From Macrostomum lignano (taxonomy: Eukaryota): a stretch of DNA of 64,000 bases. The notes under the pieces are model-generated. The model made no database searches. It had not been told where the DNA came from and worked only from the letters and a program-made list of their open reading frames with translations. The position numbers and the translations under genes are program-made. Shown here in pieces: positions 51,340 to 63,451 of this stretch (the first letter of the stretch is position 1; each line of letters begins with the position of its first letter). The stretch lies in contig NIVC01000149.1 in the NCBI GenBank assembly GCA_002269645.1, forward strand, positions 186,001 to 250,000, in the 5' to 3' direction.

Positions 51340-51520
51340 ACCGGAGGAAGGAAGAGAGGAGATGGAATAAAGACGAAAGAAGGGAGAGAGGAGAAAGGAG
51401 AGCTGCGAGGGAAGAGAAGAGAAGAGAGGAAAGAAGGGAGTAAAGGAGAGGAGAGGAGAGAGTAGAGGAAAGTAGAGAGTGGAGAAGAGAAGAGAGATGA
51501 GAGAGAAGAGCGCTGAGAAG
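51340..51520. repeat. Polypurine (GA-rich) low-complexity tract
   Basis: Direct reading. Confidence 0.88.
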
Positions 51521-51714
51521 AAAAAAACATTGAGCGGGCCGGAGTTTGGCGACCGCTGGTGCAGTATTGGTGCGCTTGTACAAGCGTAGTTACTATTCGT
51601 GTTGCTATATGACTGTAAGTCATACTCCCATGGATAAATTGCGTTTTCTGTAGTTACTATAACCGCTACAAACCAGTTCTGTTTATGCAAAACTTCGTCA
51701 TCGAATTTTAACAG

Positions 51715-52037
51715 CCGTCGACGATTTCAAAATCTGCGGCGTCGGCGGCATTAACGGCGGCAGCGGCGGCGAATCGTCATCGACTGTCTCCTCACCGTCC
51801 ACAGCTTCGGCTGGCGCGGCCGCCTCTCCAACCTCAACGGCGGCAGCCGCTGCCTCCGGTGCCGCTGACGATCCGAACGGAGGCCCGGAGCTGCTATGCG
51901 AAAGCCTGGAATTCCGGGTCCGCTACCTGGGCTGGCGTTACCTGGACCCGGACGATGTGGCCCGGGCGGAGAGATCCAGCGGCGCGGTGAACCGCTGCAT
52001 CATGGCGCTGGCGGCTGCTGAAGCTGCCGGAGACCTG
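51715..52037 (+). CDS. APBB: Fe65/APBB exon, start of PTB1
   Basis: TTAACAG| acceptor, phase 1; FRVRYLGWRYLDPDDVARAERSSGAVNRCIMAL parallels Fe65 PTB1 (LGW..SSVAVNNCI); CTG|GTGAGT donor, phase 0. Confidence 0.88.
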
Positions 52038-52164
52038 GTGAGTAGCTTTTTAATAGTCAGTAGCTTAATATTGTGTCTTGCAAAGCCCTCGAAAGGGAAG
52101 ACCCGATGGTATATTTTGTTGTTGTTGCGCTCTTAAGGCTTGGTGGAAGATTGTGGCGCTTCCA

Positions 52165-53186
52165 ACCCTGCATAGCTGGCGCCCCTAACTCTGCATAGCT
52201 GGCGCCCTCCAACCCTGCATAGCTGGCGCCCCTAACCCTGCATAGCTGGCGCCCCCCAACCCTGCATAGCTGGCGCCCCCCAACCTTGCATAGCTGGCGC
52301 CCCCAACCTTGCATAGCTGGCGCCCCCAACCCTGCATAGCTGGCGCCCCCCAACCTTGCATAGCTGGCGCCCCCCAACCTTGCATAGCTGGCGCCCCTAA
52401 CCCTGCATAGCTGGCGCCCCCCAACCCTGCATAGCTGGCGCCCCCCAACCTTGCATAGCTGGCGCCCCCAACCTTGCATAGCTGGCGCCCCCAACCCTGC
52501 ATAGCTGGCGCCCCCCAACCTTGCATAGCTGGCGCCCCCAACCTTGCATAGCTGGCGCCCCCAACCCTGCAAAGCTGGCGCGCCCAACCTTGCATAGTTG
52601 GCGCCCCCAACCCTGCATAGCTGGCGCCCCCCAACCCTGCATAGCTGGCGCCCACCAACCCTGCATAGCTGGCGCCCCCAACCCTGCATAGCTGGCGCCC
52701 CTAACCCTGCATAGCTGGCGCCCCTAACCCTGCATAGCTGGCGCCCCCCAACCCTGGATAGCTGGCGCCCCTAACCTTGCATAGCTGGCGCTCCCAACCC
52801 CTGCATAGCTGGCGCCCCCAACCCTGCATAGCTGGCGCCCCTAATCTTACATAGCTGGCGCCCCCAACCTTACATAAGCTGGCGCTCCCAACCTTGCATA
52901 GCTGGCGCCCCCAACCCCTGCATAGCTGGCGCCCCCAACCTTGCATAGCTGGCGCCCCCAACCCCTGCATAGCTGGCGCCCCCAACCTTGCATAACTGGC
53001 GCCCCCAACCCCTGCATAGCTGGCGCCCCCAACCCCTGCATAGCTGGCGCCCCCAACCCCTGCATAGCTGGCGCCCCCAACCTTGCATAACTGGCGCCCC
53101 CACCCCCAACCTTGCATAGCTGGCGCCCCCAACCTTGCATAACTGGCGCCCCCACCCCCAACCTTGCATAGCTGGCGCCCCCAACC
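52165..53186. repeat. 23/24-bp intronic minisatellite (GCATAGCTGGCGCCCCCAACCCT), about 43 copies
   Basis: Direct tandem units with variable C-run length. Confidence 0.95.
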
Positions 53187-53327
53187 CTATAGAGACCAAT
53201 GTTTCCAGGCTCCGCATATCAATTTTCGTGCACGAATTCATAACCTGAGCAGAGCGAGTGCACCGCCAAGTTCTCCGATTGCTTATAGAGATCTGCAACA
53301 CTGCCCCCCCCTCCACTCTGCTCCCAG

Positions 53328-54314
53328 CAACCCCAGCCGGCTAGGCTGCTACTCAGCCGGCACAACCTCCGCCTGCTGGCTGTTGACTCCGTTGCCATTG
53401 ACAACGAGACTGAATCCGAGCAGCAGCGGGATCAGCTGATTCCCGCCCAGCCTCTGCTCGCCATTCGACTCTGGGGCGTCGGCCGGCGGAGCGGTGGCGG
53501 CGGCAGTGGCGCCGACTCGTTGGACTCTTCATCAACCGGCTCAGCCTCCGCCGCGGCCGCCGGTCGCCACTTTGCCTATGTGGCCCGCGACGACGTCAAC
53601 AAATACGTGTGCCACGTGCTGGACTGCCTGGACCCCGACGATGTCGGCGACTCCGCCAGCGGCACGGCGGCTGTGCGCATCGCCAATGCCGTTTGCCAGC
53701 GCTGTCGGCGGCTCATGTCGCTGCGGAGGCGTCGGCAGCAGCAGCAGCAGCGTCGTCAAGATCTGCGCCTGCCGGTGGACACCGACGCGCTGCTGTCGGC
53801 GTCTCCGTTTCCCTCCCCGCAGGAGGAGCCCAGCAAGTGCATCCCCTGCCTGTACCTGGGATGCCTGCCCGTGGACGGCCCTGGCGGACTCGACCGCCTT
53901 AACGACGCCATCAACACCGCCGTTGCTGAAGTGGCCGACGGTAGCCGCCAGGCGACGCCAGTCAACGCTCGGGTGTCGCCGTCCAGTCTGCGATTCGAAC
54001 CCGCGACTAACGCTGGCTCGTCGACGGCCTGCGGCGCTGTGGAACTGCGCGTCCGCTATCTGTCATTCATGGGGGTGAGCCGCGCTTCCGTCCGCCATGC
54101 GGGTTTCATCGCGCAGACCGCGCTCGGCGCTTTCGAGTGCCACGTCTGCCGCTGCGAGCCCAGCTGCGGCCCGCTCTGCCGCACTGTGGAGGCCGCCTGC
54201 AACCTGCGCTACCAGAAATGCCTGGACTCGCTGGCTGCCACGCCTGGCCGAGGCAACCGCCAGCTGCTGCAGCAGTCGGGCGACGAGTCTACGGCTGCGG
54301 GAGGCGGCGTCAAG
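53328..54314 (+). CDS. APBB: Fe65/APBB exon, rest of PTB1 and all of PTB2
   Basis: CTCCCAG| acceptor, phase 0; QPLLAIRLWGVG..FAYVARD..CHV (PTB1); LYLG..RVRYLSFMGV..CHVCRCEP..EAACNLRYQKCLD (PTB2); AAG|GTATGT donor. Confidence 0.93.
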
Positions 54315-54716
<402 letters not shown>

Positions 54717-54752
54717 CTAACTCATATCCGCACCCACCCGTTCATCCCGCAG

Positions 54753-54815
54753 TCCGACATTGTCCAGGCTGTCACCTCCCTATTCAGCGGCCTCAGGCGG
54801 CTGAGCATCAAGTGA
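54753..54815 (+). CDS. APBB: Fe65/APBB probable last exon (SDIVQAVTSLFSGLRRLSIK*)
   Basis: CCCGCAG| acceptor, phase 0, in frame with the preceding exon. Confidence 0.7.
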   Translation, partial: SDIVQAVTSLFSGLRRLSIK

Positions 54816-55721
54816 AACCCTGAGGCAACTCGGACGCAAATTTATCCAACTTATCGAATTTAGCATCAATTTATTGGTATTTGCTTTGGTTTCTAACCGG
54901 ACAGACCTCAGCCGCGGCTTCTTCATTCGACAAGCGCAGCCGCAGCTGCTCACTGATATTCCTCCTTCCATGGTATTTCGAATTCTGTATTTTTTCTGTG
55001 CGCATTTTCAAGCTTTTGTGATTTTTTTTAATTTCCAAATTTGTTTAAATGCGTCCTAAATTCGTGGCACCGTTTAAAATATGATGGGCTGAAAGCTTTT
55101 CCATGCATGTGCCGTCTCTTAACGGGGCAGAGTGCGGCAGCTCGGCGGCAAATGCTCTCGCTTGATTCATGCCCGCGAGGGTCGACCGAGAAGGCACCGA
55201 GAATGTACATGTCTGACAATCAGACATTCAGGCCACTGTACACTCTGCCATAATTAGCATTATGATTTTGTCTTTGCACTGATGCAGCATTCTAGTTTTG
55301 TTGACCATTGCAGATTGTTTAAAATGCTTCTTTTTCACATGAATTTCGCTATCTTTCACTGTCAAACCATGCTACTCGTTCTTGGCACACAAGTAGTACA
55401 GCTAATCAAGAATAAACCTTTTTCTGCAGCTGCTTCTCTACTTATCTGCTTTTTTCTTTAATAATATACTCACCTTATGTAGCCTGATTGCTCCTTGTGA
55501 TATTTTTTGATTCAATGTATAGAATTTATTATTATACTCATTCGATAATGTACTAATGCTCTTGTCTGGTATTTTTATTAAATGCCGTTTTATCTTAATC
55601 TCGTCTGTCAGACGTTTGGAGCGCCGACAGCCTTGATCATTCCTATAAAATTGCACTTTATCGGCTGCATAAATTGATAAATGAGACTGATTTTCCTGGC
55701 TTTTTTCTCTTTCTCTCAATC

Positions 55722-56705
55722 CCCATGAGAATCGCCCCATAAACTGCTTCAGATCCCAGTTGAATCAGCATGAGAATCGCCTCATAAACTGCTTCAGATC
55801 CCAGTTGAATCAGCATGAGAATCGCCTCATAAACTGCTTCAGATCCCAGTTGAATCAGCATGAGAATCGCCTCATAAACTGCTTCAGATCCCAGTTGAAT
55901 CAGCATGAGAATCGCCCCATAAACTGCTTCAGATCCCAGTTGAATCAGCATGAGAATCGCCTCATAAACTGCTACAGATCCCAGTTGAATCAGCATGAGA
56001 ATCATCCCATAAACTGCTACAGATCCCAGTTGAGTCAGCATGAGAATAATCTCATAAACTGCTTCAGATCCCAGTTGAATCAGCATGAGAATCGCCTCAT
56101 AAACTGCTACAGATCCCAGTTGAATCAGCATGAGAATCATCTCATAAACTGCTACAGATCCCAGTTGAATCAGCATGAGAATCATCTCATAAACTGCTAC
56201 AGATCCCAGTTGAATCAGCATGAGAATCATCTCATAAACTGCTACAGATCCCAGTTGAATCAGCATGAGAATCGCCTCATAAACTGCTACAGATCCCAGT
56301 TGAATCAGCATGAGAATCATCTCATAAACTGCTTCAGATCCCAGTTGAATCAGCATGAGAATCGCCTCATAAACTGCTTCAGATCCCAGTTGAATCAGCA
56401 TGAGAATCGCCTCATAAACTGCTTCAGATCCCAGTTGAGTCAGCATGAGAATCGCCTCATAAACTGCTACAGATCCCAGTTGAGTCAGCATGAGAATCGC
56501 CTCATAAGCTGCTACAGATCCCAGTTGAGTCAGTATGAGAATCGCCTCATAAACTGCTACAGATCCCAGTTGAGTCAGCATGAGAATCATCTCATAAACT
56601 GCTACAGATCCCAGTTGAATCAGCATGAGAATCATCTCATAAACTGCTACAGATCCCAGTTGAATCAGCATGAGAATCGCCTCATAAACTGCTACAGATC
56701 CTATG
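55722..56705. repeat. 45-bp minisatellite (CATGAGAATCGCCTCATAAACTGCT(T/A)CAGATCCCAGTTGAATCAG), about 21 copies
   Basis: Direct tandem units; 15-aa periodicity in the ORF track. Confidence 0.96.
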
Positions 56706-57326
56706 AGTAGTTTAATCGCTCCGTATATTTCGCTAATAATAGTTAATCGCATCTAATGCGGATTAGGATCTGATGGAATGTACGTGCCATATATTTGTCA
56801 CCGACCCTCATTTCTGAGCACGTCTTTCCTCTTTTGAGTTTTAGTTTCTTCAGTTCTGGTCCAATTAGTCTGTTTTTCTACTCTGATAATTTAACCGGCT
56901 TGAGCTGGACAATGGTGGAATGGGAGAGGGAGAGGGAGGAAGAGCACACAGGAGAGCACAAGCTATAAGAGCTGCTTCAACAAGCCTGTCTTTACTCGTA
57001 TTTGCTTCAAAACTGGCCTGCCTTAAGGAGAGACGAGATGAGAAGGAGAATAGCTGTTCTCTCTCTCTTACTCATTAATTGTGCTACACAATGGCAGGAA
57101 TCATGCTGTGGCTCTGTGAGCACACTCTCATCGCATGCAAACAGTGTACATTGGGTGCGTGCACGGTGGGGTGAACTCTATTGTGCTCGGCTTGAGCAGT
57201 GGCTGGCAGCTGAGAATAAGAAGGGCCTTGCATTCTTTCTGACTCAGAGCCAGCCCTAGAAAGCATCTCGGGTCTCCGCCAGTGGCTCTGCTTTTTTCCA
57301 AACTCCAAGCGAAAGCAAAACTAGCA

Positions 57327-57593
57327 ATGCTTCTCTCTGCCGGCTGCCTGCTCCTGACTGTGCTGCTGGGCCTCGGCCAGGTCGCCTCCTCCCTGACTCT
57401 GCAGGAGGCGCTGCAGGACGAGGCGAGGCTGATCCACTTCGACCAGTCGAAATTCCTCATCTGGGTGCACGCGCTGGTGGCTCTGGCCATCCTGTACGGC
57501 ATCCTGCTGTTCATCTGGAGCTTCGTCACCATCTTCATGAAGGTCACCGGCCGGACCAGGCAGCGCCGCAGCTACGAAAAGGAGGACAGTTGA
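57327..57593 (+). CDS. 88-aa type I membrane microprotein (signal peptide, short ectodomain, one TM helix, basic then acidic tail)
   Basis: MLLSAGCLLLTVLLGLGQVASS signal; FLIWVHALVALAILYGILLFIWSFVTIFM TM; KVTGRTRQRR juxtamembrane stretch; strong GC3 bias in AT-rich surroundings. Confidence 0.75.
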   Translation: MLLSAGCLLLTVLLGLGQVASSLTLQEALQDEARLIHFDQSKFLIWVHALVALAILYGILLFIWSFVTIFMKVTGRTRQRRSYEKEDS

Positions 57594-58244
57594 ATCCGCA
57601 CCAGCTGCGGCTTGTCGGGGATTAACTTATTAATTATCGGTTCATAAATTTCCCGTGTTGACCTAAACCATGCCCAGGTATGTAGTTGTATTTTATAACT
57701 GCTTTTCACATGCCAACTATTGAGAAATTTTAACCCCATGTGTCTTCCTTTTCTTTGTGCACTTCCCAAAACATTAACTTTATAAAGTGCATACTATAGT
57801 GACAGCTCTAAACCATTCTCAAACATCTTTGATATCGGTAAAAATAAATTAGTGAGCCATCTTAGTTTACTTGAGCCTGCTTCTTGATTGATGGATGACA
57901 TTTATGAATTTTGTTCTCTGACGTTTTGCTTCTTATTTTCATGAAGCAGACAGATCTCTTGCTGTAGTTTTTTGTCCACCATAAGCAGATTGCCTTCAGC
58001 TCCACCGCACTACTTGTAGTAAAAAGTCGAGAGAATGATTTATTATCATCTCTTTGATACCATCAAATTTAGTGCAGGTAAAGCCGCTTCTCTGAACTTT
58101 TTCATCCAATAATATGTAGGCTCACTTTTCAAACTCCATAATAAATTGCGACAATATGTAATATCAATAGTTATTAGACAACATATCTTTAGAACTCAGC
58201 TTGAGTTTGCACTTTTACTTCTTTGAAAATGCCAAAATACATGT

Positions 58245-58552
58245 ACACGTATTGCGATCCTGCTTTGCCAGAGGCCCAGGTTCGATTCCAAGTGCACTCA
58301 CATTAATTTGGGGCAAAATTGTAATTTCGGCTTGGCTCTGCTCGTGCAATTAACGGCCTTTTAAGGGCCAACCCCCAAGGCACAGTGAAGTTTACATTCT
58401 TAAATAAAGTTAGCGCCGCTGTACACTCCTGTGTGAGTGTGTGCTGTGCGTATGACTGCGTACGTATCCGCACGCTCGTGTGCCTGCTCAGAGGAGTCGG
58501 CGGAATGGGCAGTAATGCCTCTCGCCGGTTGTGTGACAATGTCGCTTAAAAA
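58245..58552 (+). mobile_element. tRNA-derived SINE-like element (partial head, central core, 3' domain)
   Basis: Pol III B-box GGTTCGATTCC at 58279-58289; core shared with 51192; 3' motif shared with 28075. Confidence 0.7.
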
Positions 58553-58684
58553 TGGGGAATACAAGCATATAGCAAATTAGCATATTGATTAACAGAAATC
58601 TAATAGTCATTTTTTATTCCACGCTCGTAGAGGCAGTGGGCTGTGTGCACCCTTGCACACTATAAGTAATCCATACTTATAGCG

Positions 58685-59440
58685 ACTGTTCATTCCCTAC
58701 CCCACTGTACACAGTGACGGTCAATTCCCTACCCCACTGTACACAGCTACTGCCCATTCCCTACCACACTGTACACAGCTCCATTCCCTACCGCAGTGTA
58801 CACTGTACACAGCTACTGCCCATTCCCTACCACACTGTACACAGCTCCATTCCCTACCGCAGTGTACACTGTACACAGCTACTGCCCATTCCCTACCCCA
58901 GTGAACACAGCTACTGCCCATTCACCTACCCAGCTGTGTACACAGCTACTGCCCATTCCCTACCACACTGTACACAGCTACTGCCCATTCCCTACCACAC
59001 TGTACACAGCTACTGCCCATTCCCTACCCACACTGTACACAGCTTACACAGCTACTGTCCATTCCCTAGGGCCCACTGTACACAGCTACTGCCCATTCCC
59101 TACCCACACTGTACACAGCTTACACAGCTACTGTCCATTCCCTAGGGCCCACTGTACACAGCTACTGCCCATTCCCTACCACACTGTACACAGCTACTGT
59201 CCATTCCCTACCACACTGTACACAGCTACTGTCCATTCCCTACCACACTGTACACAGCTACTGTCCATTCCCTAGGGCCCACTGTACACAGTGACGGTCC
59301 ATTCCCTGCCCCAATGTACACAGTGACGGCCCATTCCCTAGCCCACTGTACACAGTGACGGTCCATTCCCTGCCCCAATGTACACAGTGACGGCCCATTC
59401 CCTAGCCCACTGTACACAGTGACGGTCTATTCCCTACCCA
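58685..59440. repeat. About 32-bp minisatellite (CTGTACACAGCTACTGCCCATTCCCTACCACA) with several subtypes
   Basis: Direct tandem units. Confidence 0.93.
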
Positions 59441-59603
59441 TTCTCTCCCTATCCATTCCATAGAAAGTCAGAGCCGTTTGTAACCCCGAGCGAGCGTGCG
59501 CCTGCTTAGACTGTACGCGCTCAGCGGTCAGCGGTATGGCTGCCCAACTCCCTGCCTCCTCTCTGGCTTCTGGCCGCCTTGATTGTCGGCAGTTGCCCAA
59601 AGA

Positions 59604-59645
59604 AACCCTAACCCTAACCCTAACTCTAACCCTAACCCTAACCCC
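59604..59645. repeat. Interstitial telomere-type repeat (AACCCT)n, about 6-7 units
   Basis: CCCTAA units, one CTCTAA variant. Confidence 0.85.
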
Positions 59646-60169
59646 CTGCAAACTTAACCAACTGCCAATTAAAGCACTAAAAGCAATGACAGAGAAGATT
59701 GACAAATCGAGAAGAAAAAGAATACTTCGGAAACAGAACGAATACTTTGGTATATTTTGGGAAATTGTATTATTAAAATGAAAAACATGATTTCGTATTG
59801 CAGTTCCGCCTCGTCCTGTGTCAGCTAGGAACACAAAAAATTAAAATTATTTGTCCAAAGGCAGAGCAACGAGAGCATATAAACAATAGCAACATGTACT
59901 TTGAGGAAAGAGATCAGCATGTTACATGCATGTCAAATAAGTACAACTGGCTAAAACAGACAATAATTCCGCATTTTCAAGGCGGGAACCGAATTAGTCG
60001 AGTCATATTTCGCACTAAAACAAGCGTAGAGATACAAAAGATACAATAATGGCGATACCTAGGCATCAAACATAATGCGATTCAGCTGTGACTGATGATT
60101 ACCTCACATATTTCAATTCTATTATTTACTTTATTCAGACACCCAGTCTTGGGACACTGAGCTCTCTTT

Positions 60170-62038
60170 GCTAGTCACTACCGAATCTTGCAGTCAGTCA
60201 CTCCTGCGTCAAGCCAGTCACTCCAGTATCATGCCAGTCACTCTAGCATCACTCCAGTCACTCCAGCATCACTCCAGTCACTCCAGTATCATGCCAGTCA
60301 CTCCAGTATCATGCCAGTCACTCCAGCATCACTCCAGTCACTCCAGCATCACTCCAGTCACTCCAGCATCAAGCCAGTCACTCCAGCATCACTCCAGTCA
60401 CTCCAGCATCAAGCCAGTCACTCCAGCATCACTCCAGTCACTCCAGCATCAAGCCAGTCACTCCAGCATCAAGCCAGTCACTCCTGCATCACTCCAGTCA
60501 CTCCAGCATCACTCCAGTCACTCTAGCATCACTCCAGTCACTCCAGCATCACTCCAGTCACTCCAGCATCACTCCAGTCACTCCAGCATCACTCCAGTCA
60601 CTCCAGCATCACTCCAGTCACTCCAGTATCAAGCCAGTCACTCCAGCGTCAAGCCAGTCGCTCCAGTATCAAGCCAGTCACTCCTGCATCAAGCCAGTCA
60701 CTCCTGCATCAATTCAGTCACTCCATTATCAAGCCAGTCTCTCCAGTAATGCCAGTCACTCCAGCGTCAAGCCAGTCACTCCAGCGTCAAGCCAGTCACT
60801 CCAGTAATGCCAGTCACTCCAGCATCAAGCTAGTCACTCCAGCATCAAGCCAGTCACTCCAGTATCAAGCCAGTCACTCCAGCGTCAAGCCAGTCACTCC
60901 TGCATCAAGTCAGTCACTCCAGTATCATGCCAGTAACTCCAGCATCAAGCCAGTCACTCCAGTATCAAGCCAGTCACTTCAGTATCAAGCCAGTCACTTA
61001 GTATCAAGCCAGTCACTCCAGTATCACTCCAGTCACTCCTGCATCAAGCCAATCACTCCAGCGTCAAGCCAGTCGCTCCAGTATCAAGCCAGTCACTCCA
61101 GCGTCAAGCCAGTCACTCCAGTAATGCCAGTCACTCCAGCATCAAGCCAGTCACTCTAGCATCAAGCCAGTCACTCCAGCATCAAGCCAGTCACTCCAGT
61201 ATCAAGCCAGTCACTCCAGTATCAAGCTAGTCACTCCAGCGTCAAGCCAGTCGCTCCAGTATCAAGCCAGTCACTCCAGCGTCAAGCCAGTCACTCCAGT
61301 AATGCCAGTCACTCCAGCATCAAGCCAGTCACTCTAGCATCAAGCCAGTCACTCCAGCATCAAGCCAGTCACTCCAGCATCAAGCCAGTCACTCCAGTAT
61401 CAAGCCAGTCACTTCAGTATCAAGCCAGTCACTTCAGTATCAAGCCAGTCACTCCAGTATCAAGCCAGTCACTCCTGTATCAAGCCAGTCACTCCAGTAT
61501 CAAGCCAGTCACTCCAGTATCAAGCCAGTCACTCCAGTATCAAGCCAGTCACTCCTGCATCAAGCCAGTCACTCCTGCATCAAGCCAGTCACTCCTGCAT
61601 CAAGCCAGTCACTCCTGCATCAAGCCAGTCACTCCTGCATCAAGCCAGTCACTCCTGCATCAAGCCAGTCACTCCTGCATCAAGCCAGTCACTCCTGCAT
61701 CAAGCCAGTCACTCCTGCATCAAGCCAGTCACTCCTGCATCAAGCCAGTCACTCCTGCATCAAGCCAGTCACTCCTGCATCAAGCCAGTCACTCCTGCAT
61801 CAAGCCAGTCACTCCTGCATCAAGCCAGTCACTCCTGCATCAAGCCAGTCACTCCTGCATCAAGCCAGTCACTCCTGCATCAAGCCAGTCACTCCTGCAT
61901 CAAGCCAGTCACTCCTGCATCAAGCCAGTCACTCCTGCATCAAGCCAGTCACTCCTGCATCAAGCCAGTCACTCCTGCATCAAGCCAGTCACTCCTGCAT
62001 CAAGCCAGTCACTCCTGCATCAAGCCAGTCACTCCTGC
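60170..62038. repeat. 20-bp minisatellite (CATCAAGCCAGTCACTCCTG/AG), about 90 copies; degenerate on the left, perfectly homogeneous from about 61545
   Basis: Direct tandem units; overlaps the GPCR stop codon. Confidence 0.96.
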
Positions 62039-62640
62039 ATTACTTCATTTGGCTCATTCAGAGGCTGCATCTCAACAGTCTTTCTATCGTCGCCTCCCGC
62101 GCTGCCGCCGTTGCCGCCGACATGCGAGCCGGATCTTCGCTTCTGCATCAGCGAGCTGGCGTAGGCGCCAGGCCGCCGGCGCCTCTGACTTCTAGTCAGC
62201 AGCTCCTCGGCTCGCCGAACTGGCGCCCTGTTCACCGACTCGCTGCTGATGCAGCCGCTAGAGAGGCAAACCACGGCGCCGGCGAAGGCCACCCGCTGGC
62301 GGAAGGAGGCGACGCAGGCCAAGTAGACCCAGAAGCCGGCCGCAAAGCTGGCGTCCTGCACCGAGTCCAGCAGCTTGGTCAGCTGGGCCAGGTAGCGGCA
62401 CCAGCAGCTGTCGCGCGGGTTGCAGACTCCGCAGTTGGCGCGCATCACTATGGCAACGCATAGCGGAGCGGCCAGCAGGCAGCTGGCCAGAGACAGGGCC
62501 AGGTTGGCATAGTAACGGGACAGCTCGATGCGATGCGAGTCCTGTAGGCCGGAGCCCGGTGACGACGTCGGCGAGAGGAGCTCGCGGCGGCGACGGCGGG
62601 CGCGGAGCAGCAGATAGAGCAGGGCAGCGCTGAGGGCCAC
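62029..62640 (-). CDS. Class A orphan peptide-type GPCR, last exon (end of TM5, TM6, TM7, C-tail)
   Basis: Acceptor CACACAG|GTG, phase 0; VALSAALLYLLL, YYANLALSLASCLLAAPLCVAIVM, DASFAAGFWVYLAC..SFR; stop TGA at 62029-62031. Confidence 0.85.
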   Translation of the reverse strand: MALSAALLYLLLRARRRRRELLSPTSSPGSGLQDSHRIELSRYYANLALSLASCLLAAPLCVAIVMRANCGVCNPRDSCWCRYLAQLTKLLDSVQDASFAAGFWVYLACVASFRQRVAFAGAVVCLSSGCISSESVNRAPVRRAEELLTRSQRRRRPGAYASSLMQKRRSGSHVGGNGGSAGGDDRKTVEMQPLNEPNEVMQE

Positions 62641-62679
62641 CTGTGTGGCGACATGAGGAGCAGAAATTGATTTCACAGG

Positions 62680-63390
62680 TGATGTAGCAGACAGATACGA
62701 TTGATTGATAAAGACACCTGTGATAAAGACACCTGGAATTTTCCAGGTGAAGCAGACAAATACGATTGATCGATAAAGACACCTGTGATAAAGACACCTG
62801 GGATTTCCCATGTGAGGAGCAGACAGATACGATTGATCGATAAAGACACCTGTGATAAAGACACCTGGGATTTCCCATGTGAGGAGCAGACAGATACGAT
62901 TGATCGATAAAGACACCTGTGATAAAGACACCTCGGATTTCCCATGTGAGGAGCAGACAGATACGATTGATCGATAAAGACACCTGTGATAAAGACACCT
63001 GGGATTTCCCAGGTGTAGCAGACAGATACGATTGATCGATAAAGACACCTGTGATAAAGACAACTGGGATTTCCCAGGTGATGTAGCAGACAGATACGAT
63101 CGATTGATAAAGACACCTGTGCACCTGGGATTTTCCAGGTGAGGAAGCAGACAGATACGATCGATCGATAAAGACACCTGTGCACCTGGGATTTTCCAGG
63201 TGATGGAGCAGACAGATACGATCGATGGATAAAGACACCTGTGCACCTGGATTTCCCAGGTGAGGAAGCAGACAGATACGATCGATGGATAAAGACACCT
63301 GTGCACCTGGACCTGGATTTTCCAGGTGATGAAACAGACAGATACGATCGATCGATAAAGACACCTGTGCACCTGGGATTTTCCAGGTGG
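62680..63390. repeat. Intronic minisatellite, two related unit types of about 67 and 60 bp (GCAGACAGATACGAT(T/C)GATCGATAAAGACACCTGTG...)
   Basis: Direct tandem units filling the GPCR intron (62641-63451). Confidence 0.92.
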
Positions 63391-63451
63391 GGAAGCCCAC
63401 GGACAATTTTCGGCATCTACATTAATATCTAGCAAGTAGGGGCCCTCTGAC

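Noticed and set aside
52080-52115. Hammerhead-like hairpin CCCTCGAAAGGG
   Set aside because: No CTGANGA core nearby; no complete hammerhead was found by eye here or elsewhere in the window.
55658-56752. 364-aa and 316-aa repeat ORFs (also 52057-53316, 58714-59275, 60168-61159, 62258-63416)
   Set aside because: All are translations of minisatellites; no splice or codon evidence.
58250-58300. tRNA gene
   Set aside because: Only a B-box/T-arm is present with no cloverleaf, and it continues into sequence shared with other dispersed copies, so it is treated as a SINE head.
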